Below, in pieces: positions 1 to 12,900 of a stretch of DNA of 47,586 nucleotides. The translations under genes and the position numbers were made by a program. The notes beneath the pieces were generated by a model. The model searched no databases. It was not told the origin of the DNA and saw nothing but the letters and a program-made list of their open reading frames with translations. This DNA is from Priapulus caudatus (taxonomy: Eukaryota), in the NCBI RefSeq assembly GCF_000485595.1, contig NW_014577062.1, positions 439,477 to 487,062 of the forward strand. The letters are read 5' to 3'. The first letter of the stretch is position 1. Each line of letters starts with the position of its first letter.

Positions 1-300
1 GTGAGATCCTTGTGAACGTTCTACCGGCCTGGCAGTTTTCTTCGGATCATCTTCAAACTTTCGGCATGAAGGTGCGTTACCGTAAGCGAAGACGCCAAAT
101 CGTTTTTGGGTGTGGGCGGAGTCATCGTTGCCATGGGATAACAAACATTTTTTGTCGAATATTTCTAGAACTGTAACTTCTGCACTTTTTACACCGATTT
201 GTCGATTGAATTTATATTTGGTATTAAAGTTAATTATAAATTTATATTTAAATGTACTGTATTGTCATCAAATATAGATATATACATATATGAGGAGCGT
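1..300 (+). repeat. Possible HINE-like core repeat fragment
   Basis: CCTTGTGAACG..GGATCATCTTCAAACTTTCGGCATGAAGG..GTTGCCATGG pattern resembles invertebrate Helentron-derived core units. Confidence 0.3.
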
Positions 301-604
301 TGAGTATCATCGGCTCTGTGTGCCGAAATTCCATGGACAATCTGGGTAAAAACAACACAAAGTACAGTTTCTACAATATTTCCACAAAAATGTCGTTAGG
401 CAGGGCAACGATGCGAGGCTCGCCCACACAAAAACGCATTGGCGTGCTTTCGCTTCCTAGCTCCATAACGCCGTTCATGCTCAAATGAAGATCATGCGAT
501 GATCGGGTAAAAACTGCAGCCAGGTCACTGCGACCTTATTTCATCTTTACTTTTACCTTGATCATATTTTCCTTCCGCTCTCCTAATTCCGCCCGCTAAT
601 TGAC

Positions 605-1457
605 TAGCGCCGGACAAACTGTGGTACTGCATTACAAGTGTCTGTACTGACTCTATGTGACTGCTGATGACGAATGCTGCGGAGAACTAGTACTGGTGTT
701 AGACGAAGAAGAGACCAGATTGCGATGACGATAATGTATGAAAATGTTTGGAATCTCAGATCGAGGAAAATTAATTGAATTTCTCCGAGTTTGATTGAAA
801 TGAACATTATAATCTGTGACTCGCTCTCTGATATTAGACTCCGTTTTGCACTATTTCTGGTCTATTTTTTCTAGTGTTTTAAAGTGTTTGGGATTCTAGA
901 AGAATTTTTCTAATCTTGAAGTGGAACAGAGTGAAATCTAAGTATGAATCATGCTTTAGCTTAATCTAGCTCTTACACTTAACTGTACTTTCATACAATC
1001 ATCATCATTATCGGTTGAGTTCAAATGGATGACTTCGAATTGTCTTTATATTATAGATCGATTATTGACACTTTGCATATATGTGAAATTCAGGTGGAAA
1101 TCTATGCTTACTCGCGCGAGGATATAAAAATGTTGGCTTTTTTTCGATTGTTCTCGAAAAACGAAAAGGTTATTGTGGGTATTATTAAACAGTGCGGGCG
1201 TCTGACAATAGGAATCGACATATTCTTACGTTATTTTTGATAGTGCGTTATTGAGGTACAGTTAGGTGCTTCTAAGCTGAGATCGGCAGAAATATAATCA
1301 ATTTTAAGTATTCGCTCCCACCAGCGTAGAGTCTGTAAGCTTGTTAAATGGTGTTTCTAGAGACCTATACCGAGAACTCACTTGGATGAAGAATTGTTTG
1401 AATAGAAATTTTAGTTCACAGATCCAAAGAGTCAAAATAAAGCGGTTTGATTTACTA
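605..1457 (+). mobile_element. Probable 3' end of a related Academ copy (Cys-finger/acidic tail remnant plus terminal repeat)
   Basis: ~630-740 resembles K-C-T-D-L-C-D-C..C-C-E-N..DEEE once indels are allowed; ~1115-1457 aligns by eye to 4927-5258 and ends in CTA. Confidence 0.4.
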
Positions 1458-1789
1458 GTGCAGATGGGCGTCGTTGTCGTTAATCAGCGTACTTACAGAT
1501 ATCGTACCCGAGGTAGTTTTAGCGTGTTGTGTAATCTATGTTTATATTTTTATATGGAGGTAGTATGTTTAGGATTAGGGTTGGGTTTAGGGTTAGCGGC
1601 CTTAGGGTTGAGGTTAGCGCGGGGTTATGGCCGTCACACTATTTGTGAGTAGCGGGAAGTCCTGGCGGGCGCGGTAGACCTTGGTGCTGAGGAGATCACA
1701 TTATTGTTCGGTTGACATATCTGTAGTCCTGATACAACTAACGACACTCCTTCAGATTAATGAGGCCGTCTACCGCGGGTCCGGCCACA

Positions 1790-2205
1790 CTTGACACGCG
1801 CAGAGATTTCATGGCTTTGTGAACAACCTAGTCGAATTAATGCGCTCTTGCCAAATTGATGCGATGCATGATGGCCGCGAATGCCACCGATGAACCACGT
1901 ATTTTCCCTCGTATCACAGACACGCGACGCACGCGCAGCACATCAACACACCACAGCACACACACACACAACACGACACACACAGCAGCACAGCACACAC
2001 CACACACAGCACACACAACACACACTACACTTAACACGACAGACACAGACACACACACACACCACCGCCACCACACACACACAAGATGGAGTACGCGCCT
2101 CGCGCACACCGATTTCGGGCTCTGGCGTCAATATCGGCGGCGGCGGCGGCGCGACAATGCCAAACCCATAGTATCCCCACGAACTTCGTTCGGAGGATAC
2201 AATAA
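1790..2205 (+). mobile_element. Helentron-associated (HINE/DINE-like) element end: CA-rich microsatellite + terminal hairpin
   Basis: Degenerate (CA)n, (GGC)n, then hairpin GTATCC-cca-CGAAC-ttc-GTTCG-ga-GGATAC (2171-2200) followed by AATAA; interrupts the Academ Cys-finger codons. Left boundary approximate. Confidence 0.4.
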
Positions 2206-4925
2206 CCCATGTTTTCTGCAGCTACATTGGTTGTTTCTACAGCCTTTCTTGTCGGCACAAGAAAATATCTTCTTGATAACTTCCGGGCAGATGTCTAAAT
2301 GACCTTGCACAGGTACGAGCTTCCCGCCACATTTCTCTCAACCTTATTCTTCTGGCTCAAGGCTGTTCCCGAGCCATTGCCGGACTTGATAAAAAATCGT
2401 GTTGCTTTTGGGATTAAAAGATATTTAACGACGTTATTAAGTTAAATCGACCATCTATTTTTCTAAAGCAAAAAAATAGAACTGGACCTATCCCTCACCT
2501 GAAGGTAAATTCTCAGAATATGCTGATAAGCAGTAGCAGACGTAGGAGGACGGTTCTTTAACTGAATAGCCTTCTTCCCATTCAACTTTCTCCTGTAAAT
2601 CCTGAAATTAATCATGATTAAGATAATTAGATTTAATTATTGTAAATGTTTTAGCAATTTCATTTATAATACTAAGACTGTTCAATTGAACATAATATAT
2701 TTCAGTCATAAACCAATCTTAAAGCAAAGTGTTTACTCAGTACTGTAAATTACGTACTTACCAAAGTCTAAGATCCTCGAGTGAATCGTGATCACCTTTG
2801 GAGTGATATAGGTAGGACAAAATGTAACTCCCCATATGCTCCAGGACATCAAAATCAAGGTGCTCCTCGTAGAATACGCTACATTCCAATACACTGTTGT
2901 CTTTGACAATTGCCTTTACAAGTTTCGTCTTTCCGATGCCGGCAAGTGATGAGACGGTGTCACAGCCTGAAGCGGCATGAATGAACAATATCTGCTCGAT
3001 CAAGGCATCAGGCCATTTGTCTATCACTTTTCTTATATCGACACAGCTATTTGAAGACGGGCGGAACATGTAGATGTTGTTGGGTGTTTTATCCATCACT
3101 GCTTTGAAGTAATGAACAAGTAACACTAGCAGATCCGTGTCGTCACCTACCAGAACAGTATTACCAAGTTCCACTTCTGTAATAGCCTTCAGTACGATAT
3201 CCAAGTCGGCATCCTCAAGACTATGAAACACTTCGTGTTTTGCAGCACTATCTTCCAATGATTTCGCAAGAGCATTCACGAAGTTCTGCTTGTTTCATGC
3301 ATTGGACGGGAATACCTGCTTTTTTGCAGAGAAGCTTCTTTGCGAGGGAGAACTCGAAGAGTAGTGCTTCTACTGGCTGTCTTCTCTGGTGGCAATGATC
3401 CTTTGTTGAGCTTTGGAGATACCCGTCAAACACAATGTGGATCCGAGAGTCACCAAACATGTTCCGGATGAAGGAGTGATATCCATCTATTATTGTCTGG
3501 AACGTTTCTTTCTTTGTCCATCCAGCAAGGTGTAGAAGGGCACCACCATCCAATACGATCCTAGCAACATCACTAGAGTAACTTCGACTTCAACGTCAAG
3601 TGTACACTCTTCTACAAGATACGTTGCTAAGCCTTTGTTGTCGATCTTCTCATGTAGACATTAACATCAAAAAGGGGCATCGATAACGAGAATAACTCGT
3701 ACTCCAAGCACTCCTCTAGTGTTGTATTGATTTCTTCAAATGATGTGAAGTTGAGAGCACGCTGAAAAAAACAGTTGGGGATCGGCGTTTATACTCATAG
3801 TAGAGTCAGCAACATTGACCATACTTTTTGAAGGTATTTGAACAGCCAAAGATGTTTTCTTGATGGTTAGAGTTAGAGGATTTTGTCCTACCATTGACTC
3901 AAGAATGAGCAACCTAACATCGTAAGCTTTGTGAGCATTCACTTCCTTTGGAGCTACAAGACCAGTTGCGAGATTCATCACATGTGTGTGCTTGACATTC
4001 GGATCAAACAAACATCTGTCTGAGAAGTAGTTCTCGATGAGAGTCATGTGGTTTACATTGTGCTTCAACCGAGTACTTCCTTCTTGCTTCACCTTGACTG
4101 AGCTTTGTTCCGTAGTTCGTAAGTCAACCCCCATCATCTTTCTTACTTTGGTGTCGATTGTACCTACCACAGGACGGGAGAAAACCCAGATTAGATAGTT
4201 GAGCTCGTTAAAACCCCTCTCTCGAGTTAACCCGCTATTACCTTTCAGTGTTGTTATCAATGATTGTTCGATCGCTAGATCCACGGAAACACCAGCATAG
4301 GGCCTGTCACTCCTTCTAACCACAAAGTGACCCTTCTTGAATGTTTACACAGTCCAATCATCGAGGTTCTCCATCTCCTCGATGAACCAGTACACACACT
4401 TGGTGTATGCTCTGTGCCATGTTGCAGCCAGGTAGGGGAGCATCAGCTTTTAGTCTATGTACGTGAGATACAGCTGGTTTGTACCCGAAGTAGAGACTGC
4501 ATCTTTTACCTTCTGGGGTACTTCCATGAGGTTAGCAACAACCGGTGCATCCTTTAATGCTTTTGGGTCAAATGCTGATTTATTGTTTTCCCTGAGGGAT
4601 GATAGATACTCAGAGGCAGCTTCAACAGCATATGTGTTTTTTTTCATCCACCTGTTCTATCAGCATCTTTTTCAACAACGATGTGCCGTGAGCCCTGATA
4701 GCTCTCTCGTATTACTTCCCATTCAGTATCTTCTTTACTGGCTCCTCCCCATACACAGTTGCCTGGGCTAACCCACTGTTCTTCATGACATAGCCCATGC
4801 TTCCCAGAAAACTGCCCTGGGTATGGAAGTTTCCAAGTAGCAATATCAGCTTCAGCAGCAGCTCATGCTTACGGTTTTAAACTACTCGGATCAAAATGTA
4901 GTGATGTCGGTTGTAAACTACTACA
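2200..4925 (-). pseudogene. AcademX transposase pseudogene with two introns (2602-2761, 2386-2498)
   Basis: ORFs 3736-4323, 3248-3553, 2758-3279 and 2128-2310 are fragments; GTAAGT..TTTCAG and GTGAGG..(AG mutated to AA) introns restore the frame around a 103-bp exon 2499-2601. Confidence 0.75.
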
Positions 4926-5258
4926 GGGATGAAAAATGTTTTTTTTTCTCGATTTTCTGGAAAAGTAAAGATTTTGGGTCTTTTAAACCATGCTGCGTCT
5001 GACATAATTCGATTATTCTGATCATTTTAAAGTGGTTATTGAGCTCTGTAGGTGCTTCCTAAGCTGAGATATCAATTTCTGATAAATCGGCGAATCGGCA
5101 GAAAATAAATCAAATTTTTAAGTATTCCCCCCACTAGGTAGAGTCTTCAACATTTAAATGGTGCGTCTAGAGACATTGTACTAGAACATGGTAAAGGAAT
5201 TGGTTGGATAGAAGTTAGTTCCAGGTCAAGCACTTTTATGGCAAAAAGCAGTGGATTA
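2200..5258 (-). mobile_element. Degenerate, internally deleted AcademX DNA transposon (transposase + XPG/PIN-like nuclease + Cys-rich finger)
   Basis: Collinear minus-strand motifs: LGNFHTQGSFLGSMGYVM..RAIRAH, MLPYLAAT, VVRRSDRPYAGVSVDLAIEQ, DGGALLH, IVFDGY, EDADLDIV, VGDDTDLLVLL, LFIHAASGCDTVS, PPTSATAYQHILRIYLQ, CADKKGCRNNQCSCRKHGL; frameshifts and stops; putative terminal repeat block 4927-5258. Confidence 0.8.
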
Positions 5259-7008
5259 TAGGGATATATCCATGAAACGCATGATATATATATATATATA
5301 TATATATTTATATTTATAGATTTACAAGTATATATATATATATTCTTCTAACGCTAGAAGTCGCGAAAACCGCATCTCAGAAAAATATCAAACAGTACAG
5401 CACAAGCCATGTTTGTTCTTTGGTTTCTTTGTGTAAAGATCTTCTCTTCGCGCGCTCTTTCTCTCGCTCATTTTGTATGTATATGTTGATCTCTCTCGCT
5501 CCAATCTCGTCACCTGGAGATCTCTCTTCCAACGTGTCATTCTTCCCACTCCGTGTGACTCTTTGCTTATCATTCTTCGTCATGCCCAATGCGGCTCTCT
5601 CGTTTACGCTCTCGTTTTTTTTTTCTTTCCTTATTTCTTTCACTCTCTCTCTTTCTCTGCGTGTCTCTCTCCGTTGCTGAATCCGCTCTCCCCAACATCA
5701 CAAACTTATAAACAAACAAATAAACGTATACATCACCGTATTTTTCACCACGACATTTCCTTTATGATTCGTCGTGCGTAGTCCACATGACCTTTCTTCA
5801 TTACCTCCTTTACATTAAGCTAGAGCGACTGGTTTTCCGTTTTGTTCGATTTTCCTTCCTCTTATCTCTCTCTCGCTCTTTCCTTCACTCGCGCCCATTC
5901 TCCTATACTATCTGTCCTTCCCGTTTCTTACCCATGCTGAGTTTCTCACATTTTTCTGCTTCATGCCGTTTACAGAGACAGTATATATAACACAGATCTT
6001 ATTTACTCAGATTCTCTCTATAGAATTCGGTAAATGAGCGAACAAAAATAGACTAAAACACATTGTAGACTTGTTATGTTGCTGTTCATAGCTAACTGCT
6101 TTCCCAAGAAGATAAAGACGTGCCTGTGACGTAGCTTCTAACTGTATTCTGGCACGCTAACAACGACAGACTACTTTACGCGTGTGCGTTGGATGGTATT
6201 TTCTGGACCATCTATTTATTATGCAGCACGCACAGATAACACTAACAATAACAGTACACCGTGCGGTTCTGTAATTAAACGACATCGCCGTTGTTCGTTT
6301 CTCAAAGCTATCGATTATCGGCGTTTACGCTGCTTAAACTTTCAACTATGCGCGCATAGTTCCTTCGTGCCCGCGATGATTAACTGACGTCAGCGCGCTT
6401 TTACACAAGAGGTTGCGTAAATTAACTAATTAGGGGCAGCGGAAGATAGCGCAACACGGAAAACGCGAAAATTGTTTACGTTCTATCATGTTCGTGTTTT
6501 CTAATGAAAGTGTTCAATCCCATGACTGGCAGTAGATACGTCGTCGCGCTATGTTGCACGTACATCGGCCGACGTCGGCTTCTCTTCCGCAAGTGCACAA
6601 ATCAAAATTGCTTCCACAAGTAACAGTGCGGGCATGCGACATAACAGTGAGGCTGTCAGTATATCTATAACCTGAGCCTGTGGTCCACTCGTTTTAGTGC
6701 TATATCCAAGTGTAACTAATTAAAGAAGACTGTTTACATCGGCGTTCGGTGCGTTAAGAAGGTTAAGCAGTTTATCTATATGTCAGTTGACCAATGTAAG
6801 TATAATTTATTAATTTTCGAGAAACGGTTTAAAAAAAACTGTTAAATTTAATTTCTTTTAATTGCAAGAGGAAATTATGGGCCGATAATGGAAATACTGG
6901 ATGATTGTGTTGCAATTTAAACTCTTTTCGAGATGTTTTCAATCACATCTCATTTTACCGAATCTTTCTGCATAAGAAGCTGCGTAAAAGAACTATGCGT
7001 CATTAGTC

Positions 7009-7190
7009 ATGCGTCGTCAGTCGTGCGTCTTCGGCGTGCGTCGTCGGGCGTGCATCGTCGTCGTGCGTCGTTGGCCGTGCGTCTTCGGGCGTGCGTCGTC
7101 GGCCGTGCGTCGTTGGTCGTGCGTCGTCGGTCATGCGTCGTCAGCCATGCGTCGTCGCTCATGCGTCGTCAGCCATGCGTCTTCGTCGTT
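7009..7190 (+). repeat. 14-bp CpG-rich minisatellite (RTGCGTCGTCRGYC)
   Basis: About 13 imperfect tandem units; noisy copy at ~12130-12365. Confidence 0.85.
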
Positions 7191-8419
7191 ATAGGTTAAA
7201 CTTACTGTCAAGACGGAGACAGCGTTTATACCGAAAGCATCTAAATGTGAGTTAGAGTCTTCCTGTTGACGGGGCTTCCTTCGAGTCGCCCCCAGAACAT
7301 GCAGCCATGCAGTACGCTGGCCGGGTAATGTATCTGTCCAGAGTGCGCCTCACAGCAGAGCCTGCCACACGCCTCGTGTACTGCTGCTGATTGCGTTACA
7401 GGCTTACCATTCAAACACAAAACACACGATTCGACATCGTGCTCCCATTTCGTAATGCCCCGATATGCTGGTGACACGGCCAAGTGACCCTAGGGACTGG
7501 ACGACCCAGAAACCTATAGGATGACAGCAGCAGATCGGGGGCACGCTTGTGTTCATGCCATGTAGGCACGCAAAGACCTAGGCTTGACACATACAAGTAC
7601 TTTTGCGAATAACAGCTAAATAATAGATTGATGGCATGGCAGGGAGTGTTATCGTTTTATCGAATAAGATCAACTGCAGCACGGGCATGCTGTGAAAATA
7701 TTTGGTTAACAGTAATTAAACAACTAGCTCTCTTACTTCTCTCTTTTTATTCTTCGTCCCGTTTAATGTCATGTTCCCAAAGCAATGCAACTGTTTTGAT
7801 TCATTTGACTAGTTTGTTTCTCCCTATCCGTGTATATAATAAGTGGAACTAACACAAAAATACGAACATACGAAATTTTGTCAACCGATTCTTTATTCCT
7901 ATTATCCCAACAATTCCTTATTTTGTTCTCAGCTATGCTGTTAAATATTAGCACTTAATTCTGCATTCTATTATTAGTTTTTTTTAATGTTTTTGAAGCC
8001 ATCAAACGTTTTGGGGGGTATATCACAATCATGGCATCCATTACACTGCTACATAGTATTAATCTTGGTTTCTACAAGCAACGAAATGCACCAAACCTTA
8101 ATGTAAGTAACAACAACAAAACAACAACAACAAAACTAATAGAGCGTTACACTATAGAGATTAAGGAAGGTCGAGGTTAGCGGTCACGGTTTCTGTTCAA
8201 TAAATGTAAACTTCATTCTGATCGATGTAGATTACAGATTTCTAGACCGAGGTGCGTTACTCTTGACTATTTCTGCGTCCTTGATCACTGTATTGCCCAT
8301 TACACGCACGTCAGAACGTTGTTCCAATCCGCTCCTGCTGACGAATTTCTGAGGCTGGTTTATCCCGTGAGAGTGTCGGCGGAATAACTGCAGGTTTCAA
8401 CATGCATATATTATTATAT

Positions 8420-8924
8420 GCCATGTGCCATGATTGCGGAGAGAAAATGTCATGGCTGTGATCAAATAGCTATAGGAGGGAATGTGTCCGTTGATCAAAT
8501 GTTACATTTTTGCCTTGAGTTTTGTTGGACTGCGTTTTTATAGAGGCGAGGTGCGGCCTGTGCAATATCGCACAGATAAATGTTTGGATTAATGATTTAA
8601 AAATTTCTTAGTAGTGTTTTTAAAACAATGAGTTTGGTTGTTTACTTGTTGAGCAAGGCAATTATTCAGTAGGAGCGCTAATCCCGCGAGCCCATCTATA
8701 GAATATCCTACCGGGAAGCCACCTCCGTTGTGTCATCCGATAGCGTAGGTGAAGAGCAATTAGTAAAAGGCGATAGCCAAAAGTGCATTATGGCGAGAAG
8801 AGTGTACAGGGACGGCGAATTAGTCGTATACAACGAAGCCTAGCATCTTAGTAGTAGGATTATAAAAAGTGACCAGTAGACGCTGCTGAGTAATGGTTTC
8901 GTAAACAAGCTAGGAAATGGTGCG

Positions 8925-8963
<39 letters not shown>

Positions 8964-9480
8964 TGCCCAGGCACGAGTAATGGGCGAGAACGTCGAAGTA
9001 CACGGTTATTGACTATCAGAGAACTAAATAATGTAGTGGTGGAAGCTGTGTTATTCATCCACATCTGTAGAGAGTTGCAGATGTAGGGACGAAGATGTAT
9101 ATTAAGTGAATGCAGTAAGTGGTCAGGAACGTGAGGATGAAAGGACCAAGACGTGCGGGAAGTATCGTGAGGTAATATATGGGGATAGGGAGAGCAGGTG
9201 GCCACGCGATCAGTGATACGTAGGTTAGCGATATATGCGAGACAAGAATACAGAATTTAGGGAGGAGAGCCAGGAAGAGAAAAGCTTTGAGCAATGATGA
9301 GTAAGATGGGGTCATGGTAATGAGGTGATGGTGAATAGTAGGGGAGGAGACTAGTAAAGCAAAAGGGTTGAGAGAAGTGCAGGGAGCGTAGTTTGGTCGC
9401 ATCTAGACCGACCGTACGACTTCCAAGCATGACATCAATAATTGGAATAGCAATGTAGCAATACAGCAATATAGCCTGTG
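8420..9480 (-). mobile_element. Possible ancient restriction-like-endonuclease (R2-group) non-LTR retrotransposon C-terminal relic
   Basis: STGHFL*S, then LYT/SRHNALL (RHN at 8795-8787) and STSKQP(N)/IVLK in the expected order, but with stops and frameshifts. Confidence 0.3.
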
Positions 9481-9570
9481 GTAATCTGCAGAAATCAAAT
9501 GCATTCACGATTGTTGTTGTTTTCGTTCAGTTGACAACTTTCCGTTACGAACACACGACCGGCGACGCAC

Positions 9571-9646
9571 GACCCCCAATAGATGACCCCTGCTAGATGA
9601 CGACCCCAATAGATGACCCTGCTAGATGACGACCCCCAATAGATGA
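9571..9646 (+). repeat. Start of 31-bp tandem array running into an assembly gap
   Basis: GACCCCCAATAGATGACCCCTGCTAGATGAC units. Confidence 0.9.
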
Positions 9647-9671
9647 NNNNNNNNNNNNNNNNNNNNNNNNN
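9647..9671. other. Assembly gap (25 N)
   Basis: Run of 25 N. Confidence 1.
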
Positions 9672-9935
9672 GGGATGTAGATGGAGAGGGCACGTGATGT
9701 GGTAGAACTCCGAATAATTCTGGTCGCCATATAGATTGTAAATCATTTGTTATATTCTTGTGAGGAGTTGTAATTGGGAATCGAACGAAAAGAAGTTCAT
9801 TGTTTTTTTGTTATAATTCGTGAGATAGTCTAATCGCAAAATGCATCGCTGCGGGGGGGGGGGGGGGGGGGGGGGTGTAAAAAGGGGCGTGGGCAACAAA
9901 GAATTTTTGCATTATCCTTTTGGAATATTATTGCT

Positions 9936-12900
9936 AAAGATTTCTGGGGGTCTTTTAAAAAACCACATGCTGGCGGTCGACTATAAGAATTCGATTATTT
10001 CTGAGATTATTCGTTAGAAGTGGTTATTGAAGCTTGGTAGTGCTCTCCTAAGCTGAGATAATCAAATTCTGATAAATCGGCGACTCGGGGCAGCAAAAAT
10101 AAATACAAATTTGTTAAGTATTCGCCCCACTAGGTGATGAGTCTGTCAACTTTTGAACATGGTGGCTCGTAGAGACAGTGTACGTAGACATGGGTAGGAA
10201 TTGGTTGGGATAGAAGTTAGGTTGCCAGGCTCAAGCACTTTGTTAAATAATGAGAAAAGCATGTGGCAGTTATAGGGGATAAATCCATGAAGACGCCATG
10301 AATATGGTATATATATATAGTTTATGTATTTGATTTATTTACAAAAGTATATATGGTGTTGCTCTTTCTAAGCTACAAAGTCGCGAAAAACGCACCCGAA
10401 TCGTCAGAAAGAATATGCAAACAGTAAGGCACAAGCCATGTTTGTTCTTTGGTTTGCTCTTGTGTGGTAAAGATCCTTCTCTTCGGCGCGCCTCTTTCTC
10501 TGCGCCTCATTTTGTAGTGTATAGTGTGATCTCTCTCGCTCCAATCTCGTCACCGTGGCATGATCTCTCTGTCAACGGTGTCATTTTGCCCACTCCCTGT
10601 GACTCTTTGGCTTATCATTACTTCGTCATGCCCAATGCTGCTCTCGTCGTTTAGGCTTCAGTTCTTTTCTTTCTTATCTTTATTTCTTTCACTCTGCTCT
10701 GGCTTTCTCGTGTCGTGTCTCTCTCCGTTGCTGAATTCGCTCTCGGCCCAACATACAAACGTATAAACAAACAATCAACGTGATACATCGAAGCCGTGAT
10801 TTTCCTACGACATTTCCTCTATGATTCGCTCGTGCGTAGTCCACATGACCTTGGTTTTTCATTACGCTCTTTACACTTAAGCGTGGGACTGGCTTTTTAC
10901 CGTTTTGTTCCGATTTTCGCTTCTTCTATCTCTCTCGTCGCTCTTTCGTTCACGTCGCGCGCCATTCTCCTAGTACTATCTGTCCTTGGCGCCGTTTCTT
11001 ACGCCATGCTTGACAGTTTCTCACATTTTTCTTGGCTTCATAGCGCGTTTACAGAGACAGTATATATAAACCCGATTCGTTAATTACTAGGATGTCTCTC
11101 TATAGATTCGGTAAATGACGAAACAAAAATGCTAAAACACTTGTAGACTTGTTAGGTTGCTGTTTCATAGCTAACTGCTTTCCCAAGAGAGTAAGAAGAC
11201 GTGCCTGTGACGTAAGCTTCTAACTGTATTCGGTGGGCACGCTAACAACGACGACTACTTTACGCGTGTGCGTTGGATGGCTATTTTCGTGCGACCATCT
11301 ATTCTAATTATGCAGCAGCGCACAGACACACGTAACAATAAGCAGTCAGATCCACGCGTGGCGGTTCTGGTAATTAAACGACATCGTCGCTGTTCCGTTT
11401 CTCTCAAAGTATCGATGTATCGACGTGTTACGCTGCTTAAACTTTTCAAACTAATGCGCGGCAATAGTTTTCCTGTGTGCCGCGCGATTGATTAACTGAC
11501 GTCCGCGCGCTTTACACAAGAGGTGTGCGGTAAATTAACTATTAGGGCGCGCAAGATAGCGCAACGCGGAAACGCGAAAATTTGTTTGCGTATCTATCAT
11601 GTTCGTGTTTTCTAATGAGAGTGTTCAATCCCATGACTGGCAGTAGATAGGGTCGTCCGCGCTATGTGCACGTACATCGCGCGACGTCGGCTTCCTCTTT
11701 CCGCAAGTGAGCAAATCAAAAAATGCTTCCACATAGTAACAAGTGCGGGCATGGCGAATAAAGCTGAGGCTGTCAGTATATCTATAACCGAGCCTGTGGT
11801 CTCACCTCGTTTAGTGGCTGATACTCCTAAAGTGTATATTAAGAAGACTGTTTACATCGGGGTTTCGGTGCGTTAAGAAGGTTAAGCAGTTTTATCTATA
11901 TGTTCGGTTGACGCAATGTAAGTGATAATTGTATTAGATTTTCGAGAAACGGTTGAAAAACTGTTAAATGTTAATTTCTTAATCTGCAAGGGATATGGGC
12001 GCTAATGAGGAAATACTGGATGAGTGTGTGTGCATTTGAACTCTTTTGCGAGATGTTTTCAATCACATCTCTTTTGAACCGGAATCTGTTCTGCATAAGA
12101 AGCGCGTAAAGTACTATGGCGTCATTAGTCATGCGCGTCAGTGCGTGCGTGCTTCGGCGTGCGTCGTCAGGCGTGCTCGTCGTCGTGCGTGCGTTGGCGT
12201 GCGTCTTCCGGACGTGCGTCGTCGGCCGTGCGTCGTTTGGTCGTGGGGGCGGGGCGTGCGTCGGTCCGCATGCGTCGGCCGCGCATCGCGTCGTCGACCG
12301 TGCGTGTCGGCGGTGCGTCGTCGGGCGTGGGCGGGTGCGTCGCTGCATGCGTCGTCAGCCATGGCTCTTCGATCGTTTATCAGGATTAAGACTTTAATGT
12401 CAAAACGGAGACAGCGTTTATACCGAAAGCATCTAGCATGTGCAGTGTAGAGTCTTCCTGCTGACGAGGCTTCTTCGAATCGCCCCCATGAACTGCAGCC
12501 ATGGCAGTATCGCTGGGCGGGTAAATGCAGTGCTGTCCAGCGGTGCGCCTTCACGGCAGAGCCTGCCACATACGCCTCGTTGTACTGCTGGCGATTGCGT
12601 TACAGCGGCTTAACCATTGCAAAGCACAAAACAGCACGATTCGACCATCGTAGCTTCGCTCGGTGTTTTTTTGGATTTCGTAATGCCGCCGATATGCTGG
12701 TTTGACACGGCCAGAGTGACCGTAGGGACTGGATCGACCCAGAACCTATAGGATGGCAGGAGCAGATCGGGGCAACTGTGTAACGATGGCCATGTGAGGC
12801 ACGCAAAGACCTAGGCTTGACACATACAAGTACTTTTGTGAATAACAGCTAAATAATAGATTGATGGCATGGCAGGGAAGTGTTATCTGTTTATCGAATT

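Noticed and set aside
2338..2388. Clustered G-to-A changes (two presumed Trp codons to stops, acceptor AG to AA) as deaminase hypermutation
   Set aside because: Only three sites with inferred ancestral states; other stops in the element do not show the same strand bias.
9853..9875. Poly-G run as a functional G-quadruplex
   Set aside because: Lies in low-quality sequence next to the gap; homopolymer length is unreliable.
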